Assembly (NCBI GenBank): GCA_964016885.1
Contig: OZ024747.1
Span: forward strand, 31,682,001 to 31,746,000
Length of the DNA: 64,000 bases
Reading direction: 5' to 3'
DNA from: Eledone cirrhosa
Taxonomy: Eukaryota
Part shown: positions 38,547-52,713 of the stretch, one piece after another
Layout of the letters: the number at the start of each line of letters is the position of its first letter
How positions within the stretch are numbered: the stretch's first letter is position 1
Translations under genes and position numbers: made by a program
Notes under the pieces: model-generated
Told to the model about the DNA's origin: nothing
The model's database searches: none
The model's input: the letters and a program-made list of their open reading frames with translations, nothing else

Positions 38547-39578
38547 CATAATTCCGTTTCAAAATTTGTAGAAATTTAGTTGTTTCATCTAAGAGTATAT
38601 GTAAATTTTCAGTGACAATAGACTTATATTCTGCTCAAGTACAGTCAGATTGTTTAACCCCACACCTTCACTGCTGGTTTTAACATAACTCATCCATGTC
38701 TGGTTTTAATCCTTTTGATACCAAACTGCATGAAAGTGTATATTTGTATACATGGACATATAAATCCTGAGGGAGTTGCAGGGGGACTGTATTGAATACA
38801 GTGTTTCTATAGCATATTTTTTAAAACCTGACAGAGGCAATCCCCTCTACAGCAGATTTCTTCCAGAGAAGGATGGAGAGTGAGAGAAAGAAAGTGAAAA
38901 CGACATATAGAAGAATCGACTCCAATTCTTAGTCTGATACCTTTTTATTGACCTTAAATGGATGAAAGAAGAGAAAGAAAGATGACCTTGGTGGCTTTTG
39001 AAGTTAGAGAGCAGAGAGATAGAATGAATACCGCAAATCATTCTATCCAAGATTCTAACCACTCCACCAATTTGATGCTTGCATGAAACTCTCCCTGGTT
39101 CACTAAGCAGTATATTTCAAAGAGTTTATTTTTTTCTAAAACCCTTTCATCCTACTTTTATATAAAAACCCTTAATCTTAAAACACCAGCTCTATGATGA
39201 GGAAGTTTGCTTTATTACTACATTTATAATCTTCAAAATTCTTGATTATTTTCAATATTATTTGAAAATAATAGGCATTGGAAATATGAAAACAAAAGGA
39301 CTAAACATGATACATCAACACAGCCTTCTTCTCTATCACTCTATGAAAGATTCCTTAAGGCAGGTAATAAGACTTATTCAGCTCTAGTAACTCATGAACA
39401 TGGCAAATTATTCTCCAACTCTTAAATATGCTACAGCAAACAAATGTGTAACATTTGAGTTAAGCAAATAGTTCCTCTATTTCTCTTATATTTCCTATTT
39501 CTCTCTCTCTATCTTTCTCCACATCTTTCTATCAACACCCCTTTCTCTTTATATCTCTCTTATCTCTTCCATAGCTTT

Positions 39579-39635
<57 letters not shown>

Positions 39636-39884
39636 ATGGTTTTATGTATATATATATATATATATATAAATCTCCCTCTCTATTTCTTTCTCTTTATATC
39701 TCCATAGCTATCTCCCCCCCCCCCCTCTCTTCCCTCAAACAGTTTCTACATAAAACCATTTACTACTACTATAGTTTATGGGAGATATGTTCATGTGGTA
39801 ATAATAAATGGCAGTTTGTGATCATTGTATTTATCAATAACATATTTATTACTATTGTAGTTATTAGTATCAGTTAGTGCCTTA

Positions 39885-41460
39885 CTGATAATGGCTGCTC
39901 TGGGAAACATGGTGGCTATGGATACAGCAATACAGCTTGAGGAATGAGGACAGATAAAAATCCTAGACTTCTACCAACAATCTCATACAATACTAATTTC
40001 AGCAAACCAGCCAGTTGTTTGACCACATAGAGATCAGATGGGACATACAAACCAGCCAGTTGTTCGCCTACACATATGAGATAAGCATGCAAACCAGCCA
40101 GTTGTTTGACCATATACAGATCAACTGAGCATGCAATCCAGCAAGTTGTTCGACCACATGCTGATGAGATGAGCATGCAAACCAGCTAGTTGCTTGACCA
40201 CATACAGATCACAGGCAGGCTATCAAATAACATAAGTTTTATATGTGGCCTATGCACAGGTGCAATAAGTAGCAAGTGTCCACGAGATACTAGCTCATTC
40301 AAATGTCCAGACGACTCTGTAGAAATAGTTGACAGTTTCCATTATCTGGGTGACCAAATCAGCAGTGGAGGAGGGTGTTTTGAAAGTACAGTTGCCAGAG
40401 TAAGAGTGGAATGGAGAAAGTTCAGAGAACTACTATCGCTGTTAGCTACAAATAGTTTTTCCATCAAAATGAAGGGCAGATTGTACAATGCATGTATGCA
40501 AACAGAAATATTAAATGGTAGTGAGACGTGGGCGCTGTGTGCAGAGGACCTGCGAAGATAGGAAAAAAATGACGCCTGCATGCTCTGCTGGATGTGTAAT
40601 AATAATATACATGAATCGCAAAGTGTAAATGAACTGAGTGAAAAGTTGGCCATAAGAGGGTTCAGATGCAGTGTGCAAGAGAGGAGATTGCATTGGTATG
40701 GCCATGTGATGCGCATGAAGGATGACAGCTGTATAAAAATGTGCAGGGTAATCAAAGTAGATGGAGTAGGAAGATGTGGGATGAGGTGTTAAAAGCTGAC
40801 CTTGCCAAATTGTTGAGATCTTTGGCATTATGCAGTAATAGAGAGGACTCACCTTTCCATGCGTATAGACTGGAACATACATCTAGTAGGCACCTCTTAA
40901 CCACTATCCTCCCTCCCCCTTCCAACATCTCCCACACCCTAACACCCACCCACTTCTGTTCACACCACCCTTACACTGTAAAGTTGAACAGTTGGTATCA
41001 CAACAAAATACCTCCAGCCCATACTATACAATGGTTGTGTAGGTGTCATGACAAACAGCAGCCAGCACACACTGTAAATGTGGTTGGTATACAGTCAGTA
41101 GGCACCTCTTAACCAAAATACACCCCCGTCCCACTACCCCTACCCCCACCGCCATCTACACCACCCCTTTCGATGTAAAGCTAAGTTGGTAACACAACAT
41201 CCAGTCCTAAATAAATGAGGTCGTGTAGGTGTCACGACAAAAAAACACAGTCCACGCTGTAATGTGGCCATGTAGGTAACACCGTAAAAACCTCCCAGTC
41301 CACACTGTAAACATAGCTGGTGTTAGGAAGGGCATCCAGCCGTAGAAAACCCGCCAGACAGTCCTGAGCAAGACAACCAATCTTGCCTCATGTGGGACAA
41401 TTCCCGTCCAGACCCATGCTAGCGTGGAAGATGGACGTTAAACGATGATGATGATGATGA
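39885..41460 (+). mobile_element. RTE family A derivative with large internal deletion and ~44-bp tandem repeat
   Basis: EN motifs (HGGYGY..NTNFSKPAS) are joined to the PHD/thumb region (FICGLC..FHYLGDQISSGGG..LHWYGHV), followed by the 3' UTR and (GAT)n tail. Confidence 0.85.
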
Positions 41461-41973
41461 TCATCATCATCATCATCATCCAGTCATAGAAACCAAGCCA
41501 GAAACAGTTATGTATAAGCAAGACACAGTCACCTGACTCGACTTACCTCAAATGGGACAGCCCATCTAACCCATTCTAGCATGAAAAATGGACGTTAAAC
41601 GATGATCATGATATATATTAACATTTTGTTTGATATATAAAATTATTAATCATATTTTCTGAGAAATGCCTAGGTCAAACATAGAGATAAAAATAGCAAC
41701 TGTTAGAACTTAAAGTCAGTTCTACTCATATAAAATTTAACAATTTTCATTAGGAGCAGTAATGTATATATATACTACACCACACGCTCGCTTCAAAATA
41801 ATTTTAAAATTAAAATATACACAGACATGTATATAATGTGAAATGAAACTGGAAGACCCATATATATACGTGTGTGTATGTATATATATAAATGTGTGTG
41901 TGTGTGTGTATACATATATATATGTATGTGTATATATATATGTGGATGTCTGTGATCTATATACACTCACATG

Positions 41974-42034
<61 letters not shown>

Positions 42035-42077
42035 GATATATTAACAGATGGAAACTATATTTATAAAACCATATTTA

Positions 42078-42138
42078 TTTCATTATACATATTTCAAAGA
42101 CACCAAGTTAAATTATGGTGTGCTTTCATCAGATAAAA
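42078..42138 (-). ncRNA. Type I hammerhead ribozyme motif in an inverted repeat (42031-42105 / 42213-42287)
   Basis: Minus strand: TTTTAT-CTGATGA-AAGCACACCA..TGGTGTCTTT-GAAA-TATGTA-TA-ATGAAA. Confidence 0.7.
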
Positions 42139-42766
42139 TATAATATAGATCAGTTTTATAAATAAATATTGACATTCCCTTAAAGAATGCGACCATTTCT
42201 GTTGGAAGCTGTTGGTGTCCTTGAAATATGTATAATGAAATAAATAAGGTTTTATAAATATAGTTTCCATTTGTTAATATATCGTATTTTTACTCCAATA
42301 ATTTGTTGAGTGCTTTATATCAGTTATAAAAATATTTGCTTGTTGTATCCCAACAATTTAAATAGAACTTCAACATATATATATATATATTTACACACAC
42401 AACACCACCATCTCTCCGTCTCTCTTCCATTCTCCTTCTCTGTCACCCTTTCTCTCTCTCTCTATGTCTCTCTTTCACTCTACTCTCTCACAACCACTAT
42501 CTCTTTCTCTCTATCTTTCTATCTCTCTCTCTCTCTATTTATGAAGCTACCTGGAAAAACCCCATATCTCAGGAACCTGTGCTCTGATTTACGCGAAACT
42601 TGTTTTATTCTATTTGTATTCACATTTCATGGTCAACTTCCTTTCAAAGTATTTTTCTATTATGCGCCGTTTTGGCTGTATTACATTACAGACAAGCAAG
42701 CAAGCAATGACAGACTTTTAGTATTATATAGATATATATATGTGTATGAGAATGGAGTAAATGTAT

Positions 42767-43910
42767 TATAAAGTGAAATGACAGGAGGCCAAACCTAGGG
42801 GCAGCTAGGGTTTGTGTATAGGCTTTCTTGTCTCATTAAATACTGCATTGATTCTTCTCGACTTTAGCATTAACTGCACTAGTATTGATAGCTAGGTATA
42901 CATGGCATATATAATGACACCGGTTGGTGGTGAAGACCCTTCTAGCTGTGCTAGGGGCACTTGGGTGTGTCCACCTCCTTGAGTGCCTGGAAATAAATTA
43001 AATTTCCCTTTTCTACGGTATACCGTAATACTCGGAATCTCGGAATGATCGGTGGACCTTTGGGCCCTGTGTGTATTGGGATGTCACCATTTTCAGGCCA
43101 TACCATACTACTAATATAGTATAATATAATTATGAGAGGAACCCAAAGCGGATAGTGACTTAGCTTAGCTTAACTAACATTATGTTTGTTTATAAGGTCC
43201 CTGATTTACACAACTCTATAATTAGAATCTTTAACATAACTGGTCTTTCTAATTGGTGATTGCCTTGCACACGGTACTTCACTGTGTGGATTCAACTTAT
43301 TTAATTAAACTTTAAACATTTTTAAACACTCAGTTTTAATTTTCAATTTCTAAAATTAACCCTAAATCTAACTTCTAAACATTTTTAACCTGAATTTGTC
43401 TCTACTTGATGTGTTCCTAACTCCCCTTCTCCTATGTTGTATACTTTCTGTGAGTGTATAGACCTTAGCTTAACCCAGGTAGCTTACCATTCTCTGTGAA
43501 ACGATATTCCTCACCCCTCCTCCTTCTCTGGCCTGCTGTCCAAAGGCTGTCAGAATTGAGAGGCAGTAAAGATTCCTGCAGCTAAATATACATCCCCCTA
43601 CCCACTTAAACTAGCAGCAAGGATATGTTAAAGATAACTTCACTCAGTGATGGCTAGACATTATAACAACATGCTGCTTCATTAGTCTCTGGGTCAAAAA
43701 CATAACCACAGATTTTTGCTTCTATGTTTTTTCTTTGCTTGATTCCTTAAAGTTTACCATCATTCTGTGCGTATACATATATTACGTAATTTATAGCTGA
43801 AGATGGCACCGGGTTCTTACGCAACCTGGCCACTGAAATGTGCATAGTGTTTGCAGAAATAAATAATTCAGGAAATTCAACATATTTTACCTGTCATTTC
43901 ACTTTATAAT
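42767..43910 (+). mobile_element. Probable Penelope-like remnant with 19-bp inverted ends and a hammerhead-like motif
   Basis: TATAAAGTGAAATGACAGG ... CCTGTCATTTCACTTTATA. CTGAAGA..GAAA-TGTGCA-TA at 43797-43846. No recognisable ORF. Confidence 0.45.
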
Positions 43911-44047
43911 GTATATATATATATATATAAACCCGTGCTAGCATGGAAGAAAGACGTTAAACGATGATGATGATATATATATATAAACATATAAATGGAT
44001 AAATATATAAATGGATATATATAAATATATAAATGGAAGCAATATAT

Positions 44048-44415
44048 ATGGAGGCACATGGCTTAGTGTGCAATTGAAAGGTTGTGAGTTCAATTCTCAG
44101 ACCGGGTGATGTGTTGTTTCCTTGAGCAAGACACTTTATTTCACATTGCTCCAGTTTACTCAGCTGTAGAAATGAGAGGATAGGACTGGGATCCCTATCA
44201 TTCCACTGCAAAGTGGTCGTGGAGGTGCCACGGCAAAAAAGCACCCAGCCAACACTGTAAAGTGGAGGTGTAGGTGCCATGGAAAGAAAAGCACCCAGCA
44301 CTCACTGTAAATGAGGTTGGTGTTAGGAAGGGCATCCAGCTGTAGAAATCAAGCCAGAATCAGTTCCCGTCCCACCCTTGCAAGCAGGGAAAAGCGGACG
44401 TAAAGTGATGATGAT
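44048..44415 (+). mobile_element. CORE-type SINE with RTE family B tail
   Basis: Near-identical to 741-1260, with a deletion in the tRNA head. Confidence 0.85.
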
Positions 44416-44423
44416 ATATATGA

Positions 44424-44470
<47 letters not shown>

Positions 44471-44757
44471 TTTATATATATAAATCATACACAAAACGCC
44501 AGCACCAACAGTTTTGCAAGAGATGTCAACATGAATGGACCAGTTATTTTTATCTAAAGACATTTTTTCCAATTTCATCCCACCCGTCCCCTCAATCTAT
44601 CTTATTTCTTATTCTTTCTTCTGATGAAGGTCTAACGTCCAAAACGTTAAGGCCCTCTTCCTGCTATATCAAGCGTTAACCTAACATATCCCTTCCATAT
44701 ACTGTACCGATTGTGTTGTCATTTCTGTTTACCTTTTACATACTTACATATATATAC

Positions 44758-44850
<93 letters not shown>

Positions 44851-44851
<1 letters not shown>

Positions 44852-47350
44852 TTATTAAAATAACAGATTAAAGTTTAAGCAAAGAATCGCTCAACGGTAT
44901 ATGCAACAAGGAACATTGCTGTTTTATCCAATTCGACATCAATAATTACTACTCCTCCATCACTTTACTACTTCTCTTTAGAGCTATCAATTTCGCTAAA
45001 ACACTCTCAGTGGTTAAGGATTTCGAAGTTGATGTCATCCTCAATGCCCGTAAGTCGGTGATTAATTTCGACGACTCTATTTGGATTAAAAAATCTAATA
45101 CTACCCCATTCGACGTGGGTATGGGCGCCAGCGATTCTGCGGAGGTTATTGATCTTATCGGCCTTTTCCATCTTTTCTATATCAAGGAAGAATTCCCCAA
45201 AGTGGGCGGTGGTTTGTACCGTGATGATGGTCTTTTGACCATGACTAAGTGCGGCCCTCGTGCTTGCGACAGGTTCAGAAAAGAACTCACAGCCTTCTTT
45301 AAAGGCTTCAACCTCTCCATACAGGTTGAGGCCAACCTCTCGGTCGTTAATTACCTCTACGTTACCCTCAATTTATCGAATGGCTTGCATTACCCGTATA
45401 GAAAGCCGAATGATATGCTTAATTACACAAGTAAGCATTCTAACCATTCTGCCAGCATAACCAAGAACCTGGTAAGAAACGTTTCTTTGAGGCTTTCCTG
45501 TCTATCTACTAACGAACATATTTTCAATGACCATTCCACATATTACAATGAAGCTCTTGAAGAAATAGATCCCGACGCATTATATGATATAACCTACCAT
45601 ATAGTATGGAGGTGGCCACACCATTAGCTAAGATCTTTCTCTCCCTTATTATGAAGCATTTTCCCCCTACACATAAATATAGTAACATTTTTCATAGAAA
45701 TACTATTAAAATGTCTTACTCTACGGCTCCTAACCTTGCACATAACATCACAGCTTCAAATTTAGCTAAACTACCTAGCCGTAGGAACACATGCAACCCT
45801 GTAGTCAGTACTAACTGTAATTGTAGGAATCGGGTTGACTGCCCCCTATCCGGGAAATGCCTCTCTAGTAACATTGTCTACAAATGTAAGGTTGAAATAC
45901 CCACGTCCCGTAGGGCCTACATAGGGTTAACCGCCAATAGATTCAAGCAGCGTCTTTACATGCATACCCATTCATTTCGTAACCCTTTAAGAAGGAATAT
46001 GACGTCACTTTCAGCTTATATCTGGAGTCTAAAAGACAACCACACCCAATATAAGTTACACTGGGAGATCCTAGCTAGGGCTAGATCGTATAACGGAAAT
46101 AAAAGACCATGTGACCTCTGCGCCGCTGAGGCCCTGGAAATACTCTATGCCAAAGACCACATCTTAAACAAAAAATCTGAGACAATTTCGGCTTGTAAAC
46201 ATAAATTGCACAAAACTTTTCTGTATTACAGCCCTACATTATACCCTAATGGATAGTACGATCTATGTTATGTTTATACCACTACTTATTTGTATAGGTA
46301 AGTATATATTACCTGTATGTTTTGTGAAGGTACGTATACTTTCTGGTACATATGGTTTTGGTTATGTGTATACGTGAGTTTTGCGTCTGTGTGAGTATGC
46401 GGGTTCGTACGTATGTAGGGTGTGTGTATATGTGTACTTTGTGTTTTGGTTGACGTACGTCTCCAAAAATATGTGTATTTACATGTAGGTATGTGTGCGC
46501 TTGTTATATACGTATTTATTTATATATGTACGTTTATTTAATTATATGTATACACGCACACGCACACACACATATATATATATATATATATTTTATATAT
46601 ATTTTTATGTGTATTTGATGTATACATTCGTATGTGTGCGGGTACAGGCGTTGCGTGGGTTCTGTATGTGCGTGCGTGTGTTTGTATACCTATGGCGAGT
46701 GTTTTCGCGTATGCTTGTGTATGTACGTATATGGACGCGTGTATGTATTTATTTAATTTCAATTACCTCTGTATTTTATTTACTTTATTCTTAACTCTGA
46801 AGCCGAGAATCATTCGGTTTCCTAGTTAGAATTTTAGTCTACGACTTTAGTTATACCATTTACGTGGTTTTGTCTTTGCGTGTAATTGTTCTCCCCGCTC
46901 CACATATGACGTATTATCTTCGTTTTTCCGTTCATTGCCAGAGAACATCTCTATGAACCACCTAATAGAATATTAGTCTACGACTTCTTTTATACCATAA
47001 ACGTAGTTTTGCGTGTAATTATTTTTTACTGCTCCAAATAATTGTTTCTACTTTAGGCACAAGGCCAGCAATTACCCAGTGCATTACTGGTACTATCACC
47101 GCTCCAAATAATGACGTATTATATTCGTTTTTTCCTGTTCTTTGCCAGGGAACGTTTCCACGAACCAAAGCATCGTCTTCCTGTCTTCCTCCGGTTGCAA
47201 CGTTTTTGAAATATTTACTTCTGCGTTCACAGATTGACTTTGTTAGTTTCAGAAGATCCCGTTAAGGGTGAAATATTTGCTCTACGGTTCTTATACATTT
47301 GATATATATTTATCCTTATCGAGCCCTCTTTGGATTTTAGTCTTCAAATT
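44851..47350 (+). mobile_element. Penelope-like element (RT + C-terminal GIY-YIG), 5'-truncated, with pseudo-LTR repeats
   Basis: RT QFDINNYYSSI..PFDVGMGASDSAEV..GLYRDDGL (44900-45600). GIY-YIG CNCRNRVDCPLSGKC..IVYKC..YIGLT..CDLC..LNKKSE..CKH (45606-46256). Tandem pLTR-like units at 46830-47340 and a short inverted piece at 44852-44891. Confidence 0.9.
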
Positions 47351-47387
47351 TATTATTATTACTATATATATATATACATTTATATAT

Positions 47388-48853
47388 AGGAAGCAATTAA
47401 GGAAATGAAAAATGGTAAGGCTGCTGGACCGTCAGGGATAGTTGCTGAGATGCTGAATGCATCAGGAGAAGTAGGGACTAAACTGGTTGCACGCATCATC
47501 AACCAAGCTATATATGGCAGAGTCATACTCAAAGACTGGTGCAGCAGTATTCTTATAAATTGCTACAAAGGTAAATGGGATGCTCTAGAGAGGAGCAATT
47601 ATAGGGGCATAAAACTGATGGATCAGGTTATGAAAGTGGCAGAAAGAATACTAGCGCAACTAATTAGAGGAGAGTTTGGTTTTGTGCCTGGGAAAAGTAC
47701 AACAGATGCCCTCTTCTTAGTGAGACAACTACAATTGAGGTTCTTAAAGAAGAATACGCCACTATACTTAGCTCTTTTGTTGACCTAGATAAGGCCTTTG
47801 ATTGAGTACCTCGATCTGTCCTCTGGTGGTCCCTAAGGAAACTAGAAACTCTTGTTCATTATAATGCTCCAAGCCATAACAGAGGAGTTTAAGACTGGCT
47901 GCCCATGGTAACTTCTCTATGCTGATGATCTCGTTCTTATAGCAGAATCAGTAGAGAAGAAATTCTGGCTATGGAAACAGCAGTTGGATTCAACAAGACT
48001 GAGAGTAAACCTAGCTAAGACAAAAGTGTTGATGAGTAGAAAAGAGGACAAAAGTCTGATTCCATAAATTGGCATAAATTCTATAAAGTGTACACAATGC
48101 AGGTCTTGGGTACACAAGAGATGTAGTGAGATAGCAGGCAAACTAACAGGTAGGGAAAACTATATATGCAGTAGATGTACAGGGAAATTTGACAGTAGTA
48201 ATCGCATTGAGAGACACATTTTTCAAATGCAGGTGGGACCTATAGAGGTGGTTGATAGCTTCCGGTACCTAGGAGATCAGATTAGTAGTGGAGGAGGATG
48301 CTCCGAGGCCATAGTATCCAGAATAAGGATAGGTTGGAAGAAGTTTAGGGAGCTGCTTCCTCTGTTGACAAAGAAGGTTTTCTCCCTACGAACGAAAGGC
48401 AGTTATATGATGCCTGTGTGAGATGCGTGATGCTGCATGGTAGTGAGACATGGGCAGCAATTATGGAAGATATACAACGGCTGGAGAGAAATGAAGCAAG
48501 CATGCTCCATTGGATGTGAAATGTCAATGTGCGTGAATGACACAGCATGGTTGAGTTGAGAGAGAAACTGTGTATAAGAGGAATAGGCTGTAGCGTGCGG
48601 GAGAGGAGACTGCATTGGTATGGACATGTGATGCGCATGGAGGATGACGGCTGGGTAAAGAAGTGCCAAGAAATCCCAGTAGAAGGAAGATGCAGTCGAG
48701 GAAGACCACAAAAAACATGGGCGGAGGTGGTGAGAGCAGACCTCAGATTGCTGAAGCTCACGGAGGAGATGACGAAGGACCATGAAGAACGGAGAGATGC
48801 TCTGCTTAATAAGACCCATCCGACCCTTGCAAGCAGGGAAAAGCGGACATAAA

Positions 48854-48885
<32 letters not shown>
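47388..48885 (+). mobile_element. RTE family B 3' half, decayed
   Basis: KAAGPSGIVAEML, YADD, FRYLGDQISSGGG, LHWYGHV, (GAT)n tail. Confidence 0.92.
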
Positions 48886-49284
48886 ATATACTCAGGTATT
48901 TATATATTTACATATATAAATGTGTGTGTGTATAAATATATGTATATATATATATGTATATATATATATGTTTATATATATATATGCAGAGAAAGAAAGA
49001 GGTAGGAAGAGAGAGTAAGAGAGTAAAGATAAAAGCCATTGTATATTGATTGTTGTGAAGAGTCATAGACCTCACCTTATTTGTCTCTCTCTGTAAGAAT
49101 GGTGGTCAATCTCCAGCAATGAATTAATAATGAGTTCTAACATTAACAATATCATCAACATAATAGAATAATTCAGAAATGATATCAAACAGTGTTTGAT
49201 AATACATAAAGACACACACACACACATATATATATATACACACACACATAAATATATACACAACTTACATAAATAGATATACAT

Positions 49285-49640
49285 ACATCACTTCATCATT
49301 TTCAGTGTGAGCTTCAGTATTTTGAGGTATATACTCACCACTTCTACCCAAGTTTCCCTTGGCTTTCCTTTATCACAGCTTCCCTCCAATTGGAAATCCT
49401 GGTATTTCTTCACCCAATGATCATCTTCCATATACATCATATGGCCATACAAGCACAGTCTTCTCTTTGCCACTTTATATTTGATTCTTCTTATACTTAG
49501 TTTCTCTACCAGATCATCCATACATGTACATTAACATTACACATCCATCAGAATATGCTGGAGTCAATTCTCTCCAGTCTATACATATTCTCTACATTTA
49601 CTGCACATCTATCGTTTCCATGCAGCATCACACTTTGCAT
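49285..49640 (-). mobile_element. Old RTE 3' fragment
   Basis: RRLCLYGHMMYMEDDHWVKK..GKPRETWVEVV. Confidence 0.8.
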
Positions 49641-49679
49641 AATGGCCCAAAGTTTACTTCATAATCATGACAATGCAAG

Positions 49680-49980
49680 AACAATCTCACTAGGTGGCAC
49701 CATGGACAAGTGTCTTTTACCATAGCCTTGGGTCAATCTAAACCATGTGAATGAACTTAAGGGGATGGAAACTGTTTTAAAGTTTATTGAATTGACTGTG
49801 CCTGTAATTCAAAGAGTCCAGCCTTGTCAGACATGGTTTTATTCTGAATTTGTCTATGAATTATATTGAGGGTATACGTGTCTGTGGAATACTCAACCAC
49901 AGTCATGGTAATTGAACAAGTAAGCTATTCCTTTGATCAAACAACTGGAACACTCATTGTCGGAAATGATGGAGGTCCAA
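49680..49980 (+). mobile_element. Degenerate octopus-type SINE
   Basis: GGCACCATGGACAAGTGTCTTTTACCATAGCCTTGGGTC..GGAAACTG resembles octopus OK/OR-type SINE bodies (from memory). Confidence 0.5.
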
Positions 49981-50149
49981 ATCTTTGTACCCATCCAGGA
50001 ATAACACATCAGATTGTGATAGAAAATCAAATGTAGAATGGATGTAAATACACTATTAAGTGTCATTAGTTAATCATATTGACTGTAGTACTTAGTTCAA
50101 TCATAGACTTATCTTTACAATAACACCAACATCCAAGGCCTTCTCACTC

Positions 50150-50460
50150 CTGTTGGAAGAACTCCTCCCTGGTTGACCTCCACTGCTTCCTATCTCTGGC
50201 CATTCTCAGCCATGTGTGACTGAGGTATCAGGTCAGATTTTCATGTCATCTTGACTTTGGCTGCCCTCTAGTTTTTTTCCAGTGCCTTGGTGTCCACTTT
50301 GTCACTCAAATAGGCCACTAGCTGTCTCTGAGATGACAGACGTGGCCAGCCCATCTATGTTTACCCATCTTGGTGGTCTCAATTATAACCTTCATTCCAG
50401 AAAGCTGTCAAATCCTGGTGTTTCTCTTCCTTCACATAAAGTAATGCCAATATAAACACA
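50150..50460 (-). mobile_element. Old RTE fragment
   Basis: Minus frame RWAGHVCHLRDS*WPI*VTKWTPRHWKK..RGQP. Confidence 0.6.
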
Positions 50461-50719
50461 GGCATGCACATACAAACTAGTTTTGAGTAGGGCTGGGTGA
50501 AGTGAAGTCATTAAATTGACCCTGTAAGGCTGAAATGGCAAAGCTAACCTAGGCGGTATTTGAAATCTGAACGCAAGGGATGTAACTTCATGTCGCAAAG
50601 CATTTGCCTGTTTCTCTACCAATACAGCCAATCCACCATCCTTGATGATAATAATGATGATGAACATAAAATAAGTTATTGTTATTGATCATACTTCACC
50701 TGTTCCTTTTCTCTCTTAG

Positions 50720-51150
50720 TGCTATCACTGGTATCAATACCATCATCACCATCAGCCCACCATCACCATCATCATTGATCACCAACAGCCCCCAAACAAC
50801 AATAACTACAACCTCCACAATGACATCACTGGCATCAACACCACCACCACACAAACCACTACCCCTACCACCATCATCACTGTTATCATCGACAGACACA
50901 CCCTCATGACAATAATTGCAACTTCCACAAAAATGATGCCCATCACCACCACCTCCACCAGCAGCATCCCACCACCATCACCAGTATCACCACAACAACC
51001 ACGACCACCACAACAACCACGACCATCACAACAACCTCTTACCACCACCATCACCAGTATTACCACAACAACCATCACCATCACAACACCCTCCAACCAC
51101 CATCATCACCCCAACATCACCACACACCCATTACAACAATTACCATCTTC
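50720..51150. repeat. (CAC/CAT)n low-complexity tract
   Basis: Visible triplet-based repeats. Confidence 0.85.
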
Positions 51151-51759
51151 ATGAATGAAATGAAAGAGATGATAAAATGAGGTAGTTAGACTTGGAACTA
51201 AACAATGTCGCCAGCAACTGTTTTAGAAATTATATTACCATATATATCTATTACATCAAAAATATCCACTTCAGACTTGGAGAGTTCCAGCTATTTTTGA
51301 TCTTCACTGTGTTGATGCTTTTTCTTTTTTCTTTTCCAGTCTGTTTTACTTCTGTTTCTACCAAGCGAAAATTATTTCACAAATAACACCATTCATTAGT
51401 TTCTCATAAGTGACAGCTATAACGAATATCACATTAGATGAGATATTTCATTTAGTATGTTCTGAGTCCAAATCCTGTCAACATTATCGTTGCGTTTCAT
51501 TGATACGGGATCGATAAAATAAAGTACCAGTAATACACTGGGTTCAACTTAATTGACTTTCCCTTCCCTTAAAATTGTTTGCCTTGTGCCTAAATCAGAA
51601 ACAATTATTATCATTTCAAACTTCCTTTGAATTCTGCTTTTTTCCTACAACCTGATACCTGAGGCGAAATTTGATTATACACACATTTTACAATCAATTA
51701 TCATGCAATTGATGTCATAAGGGAATAAACAACAGTAAATGTCTTTGCAAAGTATTTAA

Positions 51760-51945
51760 ATTGATAATGCCCTTCTCAGAACATGGACATGGACAGGGTC
51801 AGTTTGCACTATTTCTTGTAATCTCTTCCAGAGAAATCTTTTCAGGTATCCAGTCCAAATCATTTTCAGTTTCCTTTTGTTACCATTCCAAGTATCATTA
51901 GTATTGTACAGGCTTTAAGATGCCACATTTTCTCAATTCCAATTG
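51760..51945 (-). mobile_element. R4/Dong-type RLE C-terminal remnant
   Basis: Minus: IEKMWHLKACTILMI..LQEIV..HVLRRALSI*, similar to the 21305-21795 end. Confidence 0.55.
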
Positions 51946-51947
51946 TC

Positions 51948-52140
51948 AGGTGGATTGGCAGTATCAGTAGAGGGTCGGATGCCAAGCTTTGACACATAGA
52001 GTTACGGCCTTTGCCATTCTGAGTTCAAATCCCACCGAGGTTAACTTTGCCTTTCATCCTTACGGGGTCGATAAAATAAAGTACCAGTAATGCACTGGGA
52101 TAATTGCTGGCCTTGTGCCAAAATTAGAAACAATTATTAT
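51948..52140 (+). mobile_element. Meta-domain-type tRNA SINE (older copies at about 51450-51610, 50510-50640, 59165-59275)
   Basis: Same family motifs. Confidence 0.8.
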
Positions 52141-52713
52141 TGCTCTGTCACACAGTATAGATGCACCAGAGTATTTAGTCATCTGTCAAGTCACAATTTC
52201 CTCAGATAGATAATACTTTCCTCAAAATGTGCACAGTACATTTTATTTATTAATTTATTTATTTGCATTCCAGCCGAGGGGCTGAGACCACGCTGGGGCA
52301 CTGTCACTGATTATTATTATTATTTTTATTATTATTATTATTATAAAAATGATTTCCATTAGTTTGTTTTTTACATAACATCCTATGATGTCTGTAATTC
52401 TGAACAGGTTTATAGATTGTTGTTTTTGTTTTCTTCATTTTGTTTTTGTATATTTATTTATTTATCAGATACACCATCTTACAGTCTGTTGATGAATTGA
52501 TAGTCTTCGTACAGTTAGCAGTAAAATGTCCAACAGACAGGAGAACAAAGTATAATGCTTCTAGACCAGACAGAAAATTCAATAAATTTGAAATATTTTA
52601 GTGAAATATATATGTATATAGATTTATATACATATAAACATACATTATATATACATATACACATATATATATAGATATAGATATACATACACACACATAT
52701 ATATTCTCTTTTT

